NCBI RefSeq assembly: GCF_000150275.1
Contig: NW_002061019.1
Location: 1-29,245 of the forward strand
Direction: 5' to 3'
Origin: Trichoplax adhaerens
Taxonomy: Eukaryota > Animalia > Placozoa
Length of the DNA: 29,245 nucleotides
A program made the translations under genes and the position numbers. Under the pieces are notes generated by a model, which saw only the letters and a list, made by a program, of their open reading frames with translations, was not told the DNA's origin and ran no database searches. Positions 1 through 13,805 of this stretch are shown piece by piece. How positions within the stretch are numbered: the first letter of the stretch is position 1; every line of letters begins with the position of its first letter.

Positions 1-27
1 ATAAGTACTGCCGTCGCAAGCAGTCTC

Positions 28-620
28 TTTGTGATAAAATTCTCCAGAATATGTCTCAATATTAAATAGAGCCTAACACCTTAAACTGGTTGCAATAGAT
101 CACAGTGCCACACGTAATTGAAATACTAGGAATGTTGTCTATTTCAAGTGGTTTCTTCGAGATCAAATTCTCTCGAATACACCACAGGTTTAGAAAGATA
201 TTACTGCAATCCACGAGCTAGTAACTAGAGAGAATAAAACTGATTTACGACACTCGTTTCCTCTATATATGCGGGAAAGTTCGACTAATAAAGGTGAGAT
301 TCAAACACTTATACCTTAAACTGATTGCGATGGATTACACTAATAAACCCAATTGAAATAGTAAAAACATTGTTCTATCCTAAGTGTTTTTTGTGATAAA
401 AATTCTCCTTAATAGGTCAAAACATTGATTTTACTGCAACGTGCGAGCTGGCTGTTTGAAAGACCATGAAATCAGTTTCGAAAGAATAAATTGACTTCAG
501 ACTTTCATGTACTCCATTTTTTGGGAAAATTCGACCAATAAAGGTAAGATCTAAATGGTTATACCTTAAACTGATTGCAATAGACCACCGTAGTAGGCAT
601 AATTAAAACACTAGAAATAT
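28..620. repeat. Degenerate tandem repeat, ~235-250 bp period, about 2.5 copies (may extend left of the window)
   Basis: CCTTAAACTG(G/A)TTGC recurs at 79, 314 and 564. GGGAAA(G/A)TTCGAC(T/C)AATAAAGGT(G/A)AGAT recurs at ~273 and ~523. A TGTGATAAAATTCTCC-like block recurs at ~30, ~157 and ~392. Confidence 0.75.
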
Positions 621-940
621 AGCAACATATTAAATTTCCATATATTAATCCAGTTATTCCGGGTCTGAGAGGATGAAAGGGGAAATTAGTAAAATTAAAC
701 ATTGAAAATTGAAAGCGCGATACATGAGCTACCTGCAATATCTAAATACTAGTTATATCACGTATAATTTGCTGTGTACAGCTTCACCTTTTTTAGTGAA
801 AGTAACCTCTTCTCATAATGCAAATTATCAAAAATAATTATAATATCACCAAATTAAAATGTTATGCTAAACTGAGTCAGCATGAAACGCTAACTTCTAT
901 CGTGAATACATTACTGGAACAGCGTAAAAGCTGGATTTAG

Positions 941-1088
941 CATTTGCTTAAGAAAAAATAGATAAGAAAAAAATCTCGTTCTTCTTAAATCTCTACTCAA
1001 TATCCATCCATTTGCTTAAGAAAAAATAGATAAGAAAATAAATCTCGTTTTTCTTAAATCTCTACTCAATATCCATGCATTTGCTTAA
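941..1088. repeat. 68-69 bp direct tandem duplication (2 copies plus an 11-bp start of a third)
   Basis: CATTTGCTTAAGAAAAAATAGATAAGAAAA...CTCTACTCAATATCCAT starts at 941 and 1009; CATTTGCTTAA occurs again at 1078. Confidence 0.95.
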
Positions 1089-2190
1089 TATGTAGCCACA
1101 CTCTATGCGATAAAACAAAACACGCAAACTGGGTGCCATTACACAATAATATTCTATTGAACTCGCGAGCATATATATTTAATGATAAGAAATACAGACT
1201 AGAGTATGCTTAGCAATACATACGAAAATAGTGTGTCCAATAGCATATTTCATCTTATGTTCTGCATGTCTGCATATAGGTTAATATTCCTTGCCTAATA
1301 ACGCAAATGACGACTGCCATTTATTAAAATCATTGCAACGGCAAATTTAAAATTTGTAAATACGTATTCATTACTATAATTCAGTCGATTTTTTATTTCT
1401 TACACAAAATTCATTGCACGCTTGATGATATTCAAAAGTATGTGCAAAAAGAAAATAGTTGTATTTAAATATCTTTCTCGATAATTACTGCAACATATCG
1501 TTAGTTAACTAATTCTGAGGCTAACTGTAGATAGAAATGAATATCATATCACTTACTACTATTGTAGTATCAAGAATCAATTACAAACGGTATAAAAATA
1601 AAAATTCAGTTTTACCAGCTATTGAAGTTAGGAAAGTATCATAATCTTATTTCCTTCTTGATACCAAATTACAGTTTTAGATAAAACTTATCAAATTTAC
1701 CATTTAATGAAATCAGCACATTAATTCTTGCAAGAAATAAGTATAATGTTTAATCTTTATTCAGCCGTATTGACCAATGCCAGTATCGAAAAGAGAATAT
1801 GCGTCCTCTAGAATACCGTAATGTAGTGATTTCAGCTAATTACAGTAGTTCTATGTAGACAATACAGTGATAGCATACAGACACTACACATAATGAGACG
1901 GTTTACCGATGTATAATTTCACCGTAATTGATATCATTCTAACCATGTTTAAGTTTTGTTTACTATATCATCCGAAAAGGGCTAACAAGGGTATTAAGAG
2001 TAAAACAGAAAAATAAAAGAGGAAGAACTTTTGAATTGAAATTGTATTCGCTTCGGAAATATTGCATTTAAAATTCTGAAAAGGCATTAATGACTATTTT
2101 AGGGTATAACAATCCTTTTCTGTGTCTTGATCAGGATTATAGCGTATACTATGCAGTTTCTTCCTTGACATATATCATATTTTGGAAATA

Positions 2191-2428
2191 TAGTATTAAT
2201 TTCAAGATAACGTTATTACAATTTTGACCTTCGACCTGAAAATTTTACTCAGAAAAATTTCAATCAATAACTTAAAATGATCTAAAACTACCGCAACATG
2301 TTTATTCACTAGTATTAATTACAAGATTGCTTTACTACAGTTTCGACCTTCGACCTGAAAATTTTGCTCGGAAAGTTTTCAATCAAAAACTAAAAAATGG
2401 CTTAAAACTACTGCAGCATGCTTATTCA
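2191..2428. repeat. 119-bp diverged direct duplication
   Basis: TAGTATTAAT..CAAGAT...GACCTTCGACCTGAAAATTTT...AAAACTAC.GCA.CATG.TTATTCA starts at 2191 and 2310. Confidence 0.9.
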
Positions 2429-4958
2429 ACAGCGCAAAAACAAAAAATATTTACGGTTTGCGTGATCAACTACGAGATCGGGAGATGTTCTGTCGGAAGT
2501 GTCTAAATTTTCGATTTTGGTAAGACAGTGTCATCATGACCAATTTGACAAAGGCATAATTTGGCGTGAGCGCAATTCATACCTGAAATGCTGAGATAGG
2601 AACTGAAAATTTTTGTCTAAATCAATGATGCACATATTGCTTATACAATAGCTATGGACATCTTTAGACATTGCGTTACTGAATGGGAATATAATTTTTG
2701 CCAAATTGTAAAGTATTTCATTACAAAATAATCTACCTATGATAATCATATAACTGAAATTTTCTTCATTCCGGTTATCTGCGTTGGGTTCATTCCATTA
2801 TCTGCTTGCTTTCAACTAGTCTATTTATTTTTGTCGTAGACAATAGCCGTAGAGACAACAGTAATAAACATCAACATTTTATTAATGGCGATCGAAAATT
2901 CGTAGTCTGAATAAACGCTGCGGCATTAGTGCTTTGGAAATAGGTTATGCTCTACTACTGATAGAGGTCCAAATTATGCAGACGTAATCAAGACAGTCAA
3001 TAGATTTTGTCTACCTTATTGATATTGACATCGAGCTACTTTATGTCTCAACATTAATAGAATTCTTTAGATCGCATCGTGCTACCACTGATAGTGTATT
3101 TTGGTCTATCTCAGTAGCTTCAAACTCTCTTTAGTAATAATACATAATTTATTATATCTGTAAATATTCATAATTCGAAATTGTGGAATAAAAATTGCCA
3201 GTACCACAAGCTGGTGGTCGAGCCTATTAATACTATAGCTGTTTGAAGAAGCAAAAATCAGTAATTGCAGAGAATTATAGTTTGTAAAAGCAAGGCGTTA
3301 GCAACTTAATATTCCAATAATTAATGTTGATGATTAATATTGTCTACAAGCATTTATTGTTCAACTATAATAGTTACTTTATTGCTGCAATAGCTGTCAC
3401 TTTATCCTATAGGCCAATACAAGTACGCTTATAACCTTTTTGCAAAAAATAATTTAAGCATCTTTAATGCTTAATAAAGATCCCTTACTATACCGCAGGG
3501 CTGATTTCGATTTTTTTCGTAGTCGTTGCACTAGGCATTGAATATTAATAATTTACGAGCTGAAGATTGATACAAAATCTACTTTTTTACCCCTAAAAAT
3601 AAATATAAAATATATATAGCTGGAGTAAATAAATAATCATTTAAATTATTTTATTTTTTTTAGACAGTATCTCATCAATGGAAAATATTAAACTACTAAT
3701 CGTACGAGCGTATGTGATCTTTAAAAATAATAACAATGACGGCATAGTCTACTGATACTTACTTGTGGTCACGTTTACTATACTCTATTTAAAGTTACTT
3801 CAAAGAAAAGAATGGATATATAACCGTAGTTGCTTTCGATATGAAACATAAAGGATGTATTCCTAATAATGAAGTTCATGCTTTTAAAATAGCAATACAT
3901 ATCTACAAATACTCGCACGGCTAAATAACAAGCCGTCTTTCAACTGCTGGCCAATAAAATATCAAGAGCTGTAGTATATAAGTGGATTAGAATAATTCTT
4001 TGTATATTAAACAAATGTGGTATCAATACTCAATGACAGCCTCTCTTTCAGCCATTACAAGTTACTTTTTATGTATTTTAGTAATAAGACACAACAGACC
4101 AATATAATTAATGTATTTAGTAACCAATTTACCGCGTTTATTACTAATATTCAGAAATGGAATACGAATTGAGTCAAGTTAATGAAAAGTTACTGTAAAA
4201 CATCTTCAGTTATTGTCACGGTAATGAATCTATCGTGATGAATGATAACTTACTTAATTTAGACATGTATATGTATCACGTTAAGATATTTATTAATTTG
4301 GATATGTGCATGAATTATTTTATGACTTAATATAGCTGATACAAACCTGTTCCTAATACAGGTTAAATTATACTAAATATGGTATATGAACTGTCGATGG
4401 TAAATTCAATATAAATTCTGTTAATTATAAGCTAGGGCAAACATAAAGTTAATCTATAGCAATATTACAAATTCATAGAAATTAGACTAGGAATAATTTA
4501 ATGTATTCACGAAGTCTTATCGGTCGAAATATATCACACATCGTAAACCGGTTATATGGCTAGGAAAGCTATTTAAATGATTGATTTTGAATATTAAATT
4601 AGACTTGCATTTTCTAGAATAAAGATATAGTTAGGAGATTCTGAAAGTGCATTTCTCAGTTATTGTTACTTATCTAGGGTAATCTAATTAGTTTAGATTA
4701 GGCAAGTTTAGTTAAGTAACACGTTTAGCGTTTTATATATAGAAATAAGAAATATTGCAATAAAACAAAATAAATATCGACGTTTATAAAGATGATACAA
4801 TCATACATAAGATAAATTTAACGTTATAGAGTACCAATATCATCTTGCGCTGGAATAAATGCTGCGACATCATTGTTGATTAACTAAGTACTTAAAGCAT
4901 CTTGAACATAAGTGACTTTCGAAGTTGACCGTTAATATATTTAAAGACTAACACAATA

Positions 4959-5664
4959 NNNNNNNNNNNNNNNNNNNNNNNNNNNNNNNNNNNNNNNNNN
5001 NNNNNNNNNNNNNNNNNNNNNNNNNNNNNNNNNNNNNNNNNNNNNNNNNNNNNNNNNNNNNNNNNNNNNNNNNNNNNNNNNNNNNNNNNNNNNNNNNNNN
5101 NNNNNNNNNNNNNNNNNNNNNNNNNNNNNNNNNNNNNNNNNNNNNNNNNNNNNNNNNNNNNNNNNNNNNNNNNNNNNNNNNNNNNNNNNNNNNNNNNNNN
5201 NNNNNNNNNNNNNNNNNNNNNNNNNNNNNNNNNNNNNNNNNNNNNNNNNNNNNNNNNNNNNNNNNNNNNNNNNNNNNNNNNNNNNNNNNNNNNNNNNNNN
5301 NNNNNNNNNNNNNNNNNNNNNNNNNNNNNNNNNNNNNNNNNNNNNNNNNNNNNNNNNNNNNNNNNNNNNNNNNNNNNNNNNNNNNNNNNNNNNNNNNNNN
5401 NNNNNNNNNNNNNNNNNNNNNNNNNNNNNNNNNNNNNNNNNNNNNNNNNNNNNNNNNNNNNNNNNNNNNNNNNNNNNNNNNNNNNNNNNNNNNNNNNNNN
5501 NNNNNNNNNNNNNNNNNNNNNNNNNNNNNNNNNNNNNNNNNNNNNNNNNNNNNNNNNNNNNNNNNNNNNNNNNNNNNNNNNNNNNNNNNNNNNNNNNNNN
5601 NNNNNNNNNNNNNNNNNNNNNNNNNNNNNNNNNNNNNNNNNNNNNNNNNNNNNNNNNNNNNNNN
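4959..5664. other. Assembly gap (706 N)
   Basis: Run of N. Confidence 1.
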
Positions 5665-8071
5665 CACAGAGTCTACAACAAGTATAATTAGACTACTAAT
5701 AATGTTATAATTACCCCATAGTTAATAAATAAATGTTGTTGCCAATTAATAAAATCTTAATTACTATTTACCAAGGCTAATGCCACAATTAATTGATGGA
5801 GTCTATACTCCGTCACAGAGACAAATATCCTTCCCATTACAATTATACTTGTTCCATACTAATAAGCAAGACCCAGGAATAAACAATTGATATAGTTAGA
5901 TGTAATAGCAATAATCAATTTTCTCTCATGCACAACAAGCACGATACTATAGACGGTCTATAATCAGGCAACACACTACTAAATTTAAGAAAAATTTCCA
6001 TATATTCGCTTAGAACAACTTCTATGCACTGTTATACTTTTTATCGCTATTAAAAAAGCCCAGTGACAAACATTCGACGTAGTAAAAATTTAAGTAAAAT
6101 TACAAGTCTTCGTTCATAGACAATAATATGAAGCTTTCTAAAAGGAATTGGCATTATAGAATACTAAAATAGGAAAATATCTGTTTTAATTACGAATATC
6201 TTAGTCTACTATATTATTTGTAGACACAGTAAGATGCAGTTGCCTTATGAATTAATATAACGTATACCGGTACTCTATAATTTACTTGCTTGGTACTTGT
6301 TATATCACTTTTATTATTTAATATAGTAATTGATTTAATTCTAAGACATATTCAAATCTATTTAATTGCAATCCTATTTTACGGTGCTCGAGCCATCATC
6401 AAAGAATTTCCATACGTGGGTATACGAACAAGTTATGTGCAATACATTTATCCAATTAATTATAGTTTATTTTGTGGAATTTGCAAGGGTATATGCGTCT
6501 ACGCAAGCTCAAGAAACTACATCCTGCGGGATTTCCGTGAGATCTGTTGGTAATCAATATCCTTATCTCTAAGTAAAATAGTATCTACTCCATCAAGACT
6601 CGATATTTCTATCAATTGTATAAGTAGCCTCTAAACTTTTAACGTTTTAAATTGATAGAATGGATCATTTAACCAAAACAGTACTAGAAGTTGAAAACAG
6701 CTTTCTAGTAACAGACATTTTTTCTCGCTCTACATATTTTGCATTTATTCATGTCACCTACGTTAATTTTTCCGTAGAAATTGCAGTTAAAGTCTTACTT
6801 TATATTGATTAAGAACACTCTAAAAATTAATTAAGATTAAAAGTAGTAGTCTTTAGAGCTGGAGTATAATTCTGCACCCGTTCTCTTGCCATTAATACTG
6901 TTACTGGTAAGCGGACATAAAGTAGTTCAAAGTATAAAATGAGTGAAAGCTCTATCTGTAGCATTATGGAATTGGGAGATTGGGCGGAACAGATATTACT
7001 TCAGTCATATAGAGTAAATCTCTTATAATAGGCCTTTAGAAAGGTAAAAAAAATCGACGCCATAATTTATTTTAATCATATAACGAACGATACTTAGTAA
7101 CTTGGTTCAATTTGTGTCATAGTTAGCGGTATAACAGTGACCGAATTTAGGAGACTGAATACATTTAAGTAGTTCATAAATTGTCAAAGTAGTTAAAAAA
7201 TGTCAAATCAACTGTCATGTTTTATTTGGCATTACCACTTACGTATCTATGCAAAGACAATATAACACTATCGCTTCATGTTTTTAATCTGGCATCGCGA
7301 TAGTTCACTATACGTTTCTTCTCTCCTTACTGAATTGAGAATAGTGTCGCTAGCATTTACTAATAAATATAACTGACAATGTCACCACTAGTCGTTAATC
7401 AATTTCCGGTAGCTATCGTGATTAATTAGTTAACATTATAATAAAAAAGTCAATTTTTACGTCAATCAGAGCACTCGTATCCTGATGTAATTATCCTATC
7501 CGATCACCTAATATTGATACTTTTGCCTATTTTAGGATTGACTACTAGAGAACCACATTATACAGTATAATTAGCGTACAAACTGTCCACTACTGTAACA
7601 TTTATAGTTTGTACTATTAAAAATGGACAAAATCATGCCTAAATCAATGGCAACAACGAAGTATAAAGCAATTTTTGCTACGTGACTGGATAATTGTATT
7701 TCTTTTAGTGCGAACCAATTCAATTCGAAATTGCGTATGCTTAAAATATTTACGCAATTCTAATCTGTCATACCATTAATTTGGTTATGAGTCGCCTTTT
7801 TAACCAGCATTTAAATAAATATGTCCGTTTAAATGGAGGCACGCAATTTTGATCGATGCTTTTTTCTGGGCGGACATTCTGACATTAGAAAAATGAAAAG
7901 AGAAATTTCGACAATAGAACTTGTTCATTATTCTATAAATTGTAGACTAAGGATGACTAGTAAATCATCCTATTTATTTTAACCTCCAATCTAGCTCTTT
8001 TACTAATTATTATTAAATCAACAAGTATCCTTGACATAACCATTCTTGCTACTGCTTCCTTTTCTCTACAG

Positions 8072-8193
8072 GATCTTCAATGCCTATATTAAAATAATAC
8101 AAGATAGCCTGTAAGCTACATGGTAAAGCTGAAAGCCTTCGATATATTTTGAAAAAAAGGCTACCAACGAGTGTTTGATTTATGGTTCGCCCG
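8072..8193 (+). other. Candidate non-coding exon (lncRNA or UTR)
   Basis: Strong acceptor CTTCCTTTTCTCTACAG|G and donor CCG|GTAAGT flank 122 nt that have stops in all three frames. A second acceptor, TATCCTTTTACAG|G, opens an exon at 8647. Confidence 0.3.
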
Positions 8194-9366
8194 GTAAGTT
8201 ATATTTCCATAATATGAGAATACTAGAAGCCAGCAACCCAGCAAGTTATCCAAAACTTTAGGATAGCTGAAATATTAAATTAAAATAGTTACTCATCAAC
8301 TATTATATAAAATGAGACAATGGCTTACTTAAAATGAGACAATAGGTCACGATAATCACGATATAAATAAATAGATATCACTTTGACATCGCCCATCCGT
8401 CATTACTACCCATCTCTTATATGCTAAATAGTGCAGCATATATCAGAGTATGTAATTGTTCTTGATATTGAAGGATAAAAACAATTCATCACCGCTTTTA
8501 TATTGATGTATTCGTCAATAAATAATCTATCACTGCAATCAATAAAGTAGATTTTTTAATTATTCCATATTACTATAAAAATCGAATAATGAAATATGTC
8601 GCGCATAAAGGCTTACTTATTTAAGTATTTTATTATCCTTTTACAGGTTACAAGACAATTTATTGTTAATGAAATGGTTGTTTGGCGCTATTATTGAACT
8701 ATGGCGATGTAATAATTCCTTCCTACAACTATAGGCTAATATTATGATTAATTACTATTTTGAAACGGTTTGTATATTGCCGTGAATACCTCATCCTAAC
8801 TTATATTAAATGAATCATTTTCCTAGTCAAAAACGTAATGAAGGTACTTGCCTGTCACGGACTACTCTCCTGTCAAAGGATAAAGTTCATTATTCTACTC
8901 TTCTAATTTATATAAGTTACTACATTAATACCACCAATGCTATCTTACTCGTGAAAAGTACAAAATCGGTTAACAATGAGCGACTTCTACAATTACGCAC
9001 AAGTTAATAATATAATTAGAGTCTAGTCAACCTAACCTATATTGGCAGAAATCTACTAAAACACAAATACTTAATCTATACTACTATTCTTGGTGTATTT
9101 GTACCGTGACATTACCAGAAAGATATTTATTACTATCTTCATTTACTGTAAAGCAGATTATTTTTGTGTTAAAATGAAAATAATCCTCTTACCAAGAAAA
9201 ATCGAGCATAAATTGTATATAGACTACTTTCAATGATAACATTTTCATAAAACCTCGAGGTGCTATAGCATTATAAAGGCCGTAAATTATTCTCAGCTGT
9301 AAAGTCAATTATGTTAAGATTGGTGAACAATGTCTCAATCAATAATATCGGATAATATGAAGTAAA

Positions 9367-9416
9367 NNNNNNNNNNNNNNNNNNNNNNNNNNNNNNNNNN
9401 NNNNNNNNNNNNNNNN
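9367..9416. other. Assembly gap (50 N)
   Basis: Run of N. Confidence 1.
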
Positions 9417-12400
9417 TATTTGGTCAAAAGTGAAAATATTATTGTAGGGTGAAGGTTCATTTATTTCATATTAAAATTCAGTGTAATAAGATATTAGAAC
9501 TTTATAACATAACCAATTACTATTCGTATTTATTTTCAGTTTCAAAATATCAGCGATTGTAAAAGATATACGGCTATCATCTCACTATATCAAATTAAAA
9601 GTCAATCCAAGAATTACCAAGAAAAGGCTATTGATCCTTGCAAATACTATTAAATCATAAGTGAAAGATTTCACTCGATGTAACTTATTCATATATGAAA
9701 ACGTATTCAAATTTATGACAATATTACTGCGTAACACCTTTGTTATTATATATCATAACTAAAACACTGACATTACAATTAGAAGACTTATCATATTAAT
9801 TTAGATTCATGACTAATCTAGTAAATTCTTAAAAGACAAAATGATGTTAAAACAGCATTGCATATATTTTACTTGCAAAGTTATATCGAATCTACAGCGC
9901 TCTATAAACTATAAGAAATGCCTATTTCTACAGCAAGGAAACAGGAAAATAACAATTTTTTTTTAGACAGTAGGAATAATATTTAGAAGTTTTAATAAAA
10001 AGCAATCCCATACTCTTATCCTTAGAAAAACACTACAAAGGAAGTTCACTTTATTTGTAATGATCGTACTTCAAAATAACATTCATAGCAATGTTTTATT
10101 TTAAATGTTATTCAACTCTAAGGATAAAAGATCTTGATAGGCATAATGCGCACATGCCATAATTTACAGATATTACTAAATCTTGAGAAAATATTTCTAG
10201 CTAGAATTGTGGTATTGATACTCTAGCCATGCATGGCTAATATTTTAAGGTTACAATTCACTAATTGAGACAAAAAAATTGATTATTTTCGACATGAGAC
10301 TTTGAATCAATTATTATGCACACTAGTGCATCGATGCAAAATTCAGTACTGTGACAAGAATAATTTTAAAAAGCTTCCTGATCTAGACAACATAACACAA
10401 GATAAACTGGAACAGAGACGATGCCTTCCGTTAGGAAGTTATACTTGTACATATCACGCGAGCTTTATACCTGCGTATTACAGAAATTCGCATTAACTTA
10501 TTGAATAGGAAACCAAGATAAATTTACGAGAATAAGTTATTTTAATCGCAATAATATAAAACTCCAAATAACGGAACTATTTTACGTTTATCCTATCACA
10601 AATAGTATAAAATAGAAACTATCAATTGAATTGCTGAGTTGATTGATCGATAGTTATAATTAACTTAATCCATTATAAATTTACTGTGCCCGGTGCTAGT
10701 TTATGAACGATATTCATGTCCATGACTAGATTAAATCTGCGATATCTAGTACATGCTGACTATTTCCACTAGGAAGAGCTAATAATAGAAGATAATGCGA
10801 TGTGAATACTTTTAATCGTTACATGTTCAGCCTAGATCAAGGTTAGGTTAGTTTTAATTAGCGCAGACAAATAAATATACAATAGTTGCTAATAGTATTT
10901 ATGTCTTATTATTCTAAATTTACATTTATATATGGCGATTCTTCATCGCTACTACCATTCAGGAATAAAATTGTCTATTACATGTACGAATTAATTACTG
11001 ATACCTGATTAAAGGTCAATAATTTTAAAAATGATTTTAGCTTCATGTTGATTTATCTTAAACCAATCTATTTCCTAGTAAAGTCTAAAATCATTTACAA
11101 AAAGATAACGCAATCTACAACTGAATAGGAATTATATTGTAATCATTCTTAATTGCCCACTGTCATTCTTCATTCTGAAAATAGTACACCCACATCTTAG
11201 GTTTAGAATATTCTAGATGCAATTTGAAAAATAAACTTTTTTGTCTAGGCTATTTTCGACAATCTTTGGTAGCTCCTTCAAGATAGCCAGATCTTGACAT
11301 GATGTCTAATTTTGTAAAGATCTTTTTTTATAAGTATCTTACCATATTAAATACAAGGCTAGGATTAATTCCTTAATTAAGTGTTGTTGTTTCTCCAAGT
11401 TCAGCAGTGCATTTCTATCTTCAAGTTATATCAATAGCGGACTTTATGTTATTGATAGCGAAAGTAATCTGAGACTGTAAGATAATTTATTTGGCAGGAA
11501 TGCGTGCTTGATCCATTTTTACTACTGCATATAGGATAAATCAACTGATGAATCAATACCTTTTGCACTCTCATTAATCTCATATTCTTATTGACAATAA
11601 GCATTACCATGACATCTTTTCATGCTTGTACGGAAATTAAATATGATCTAAGACGAAAACAGATAACCGAATATACTAGTGTCCTTACATTCAATTAGAT
11701 CAGATTTTATAATAGACGATATTGCTTATCAAAATGGTCTAAGACACCCACTAAAAAAGAATGAGAACATTAAAATATATTTACAGGCGATATGCATGTA
11801 ATCTAGCATTAAAACTTTATGATTGATGTCTATTATTTCTATCATAGTAAGTAAATATAGAAAAGTAAATTAATTGAATTCAGAATATACATTAAATTAT
11901 TGTATGAACATCTCGTTAAATTTGTACAGTAGTTTTCTATCCTTACGAATATTCTTTAAATACCGATGGTTTTTAAACACCAAAAATAAACATAAAATAA
12001 TGCATGGAAAAGATTGAACGCTTTTAAATGTAACAGAATGAGTTATGTTAAATAAAAAAACGATTACTGCAAGATAAAATAAATATGGATTCAGGAATTT
12101 TATTTAGTTCCGTCAATACTGAGACGTCATCATATTGATAGTCGAACTGCTGATGAAAAACAATACCCAAATCAATGCTGATCGATCTGCTAACGTGAGA
12201 TGGTTAAATCTGAAGGCAATAATTATTGATGATGGTCGCATCAGATCGTTTTATAATGGCAACAAAATTTTTAATAATCTTAAATTTATGAATCCCACGG
12301 TATGAATCATTTTATGCCAATAAAAAGTCTTGATTATTAATAATTATTAAACGATTATATGCGATTTTACGATCGAACAAAAATCGAGCATTTTAAATCA

Positions 12401-12945
12401 AAATTTTCTACCTTGCTTGTTCGTAAGAATTATGCAATTTTATCTTACTCTATTATTACCCAGCTGTACTTCATGGGAAAAGGCAGATAAAATAGAATAG
12501 AGACGATAGCATCGTCGATATCCAGATAATAACTGGCATTATTGAGTTAGTTAAAGTTCAACATTGCGTGCGTTTACACGATAAACAACTCTTAAGGAGC
12601 ATGTCTGTTTTATAATACTTTACTTCAATAGTTATTAAGCTAATTTTGATAGCCATATATACTTAATCATCTATTATACCATTTTGTGTCTTATTGATAT
12701 TAAAATAATTTAATTCTTGAATAGATTCATCGATTTGATATTATCGTCGTTATTTTTTTGTTTAATCAATCAGAGTCAATTTTTTTAAACTGACGTTTTC
12801 AGATTATGTAACGGTTGTCCAGGTGTCATATTCTGGTAATAAAATGATATTATCGCAGCAAGTTGAAGCTATTTCATGTTATAATATTGCATTATGCTAT
12901 AGTTATTCAAGTATAGACCAAGTGTTGATATTAAAATCAATTATG

Positions 12946-13099
12946 ATTGACGTCAATACATTAATTACGACGAAAATTTTCGTATCAATGGACTAGAAAA
13001 TTCTGGAAAATTTTTGCGCCAAGCGCTATTTTGAAAGACAGTTCTTTTGTTTTTTTTTGGCATCATATTATCAACGGAGCAATAACTATTCATATAAAG
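12946..13099 (+). promoter_or_regulatory. Putative promoter: CRE palindrome, heat-shock element and TATA box
   Basis: ATTGACGTCAAT at 12946-12957 (TGACGTCA core); palindrome ACGAAAATTTTCGT at 12970-12983; aGAAa-aTTCt-gGAAa at 12995-13009; TATAAAG at 13093-13099. A donor GAG|GTATGA at 13161 and an acceptor ...TTTCTGATAG| ending at 13774 would give a short 5'UTR exon and an intron ahead of ATG 13806. Confidence 0.45.
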
Positions 13100-13259
13100 T
13101 ATTGCTTAATTTTAAATTAATTAGACAACTGAAAAAATCAGACTTTATACTAATATTGAGGTATGATTACAAAAGATACACCAAAAATCTGATGATACTT
13201 CAAATTGTCATTACAATATTAATTACTTTCATCTGAACAACATAAAATAAATGATTATT

Positions 13260-13276
13260 TATATATATATATATAT
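13260..13276. repeat. (TA)n microsatellite
   Basis: About 8 TA units. Confidence 0.8.
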
Positions 13277-13805
13277 CTTTCCTAATGCATATATTATTTT
13301 AACGGAAAAAGTAATAAAATAATAAAAATTGAAGAGAGTAACCTTAATGCCAATTCACACCTAATTTTAATTCACATATTATCTATCACAATCTAAATTT
13401 AAAACAAGTATTCATTTACTACAACAAGTAAAGTCGTATTTTTAACTTTTGAACTGGAAAAAGAACGTGAAGTACAATCGATAAAATATAATATACTGTA
13501 AAGGTAGAAAATAAGGTTAAAATAATTTTCGAATAATGATGGATGGAATGTACTACAGACGCTATTGATATATTATTGACAAGTATTCTAGAGATATTCA
13601 GTACGTTTGAATACCTTGTCAATATTGCATTACTTGAATAGATGAGGTATAGAAAAACAATAACAAGCATTATTTTGCATTGTATTAACAATTGTATATA
13701 AAGTGCTGTAAAAATTAGAAATATTGCAGATAAATTTGAAAAAATAGTTTGACCATTTTGAATATTTCTGATAGCTATCCAACTCTAGTTTCAACTGATA
13801 CAATC

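Noticed and set aside
4948-5667. 239-aa ORF in the track
   Set aside because: Artefact of the N gap.
5794-5815. Hairpin TGATGGAGT-CTAT-ACTCCGTCA (also GTCAGG...CCTGAC at 29181-29201) as a terminator or Helitron end
   Set aside because: Eukaryotic context, no U-tract, and no convincing CTRR terminus.
2534-13691. Short ORFs at 2534, 6290, 6366, 8810, 10302 and 13419
   Set aside because: 60-90 aa, several with non-ATG starts, low-complexity AT-driven composition, and no motifs or consistent splice context.
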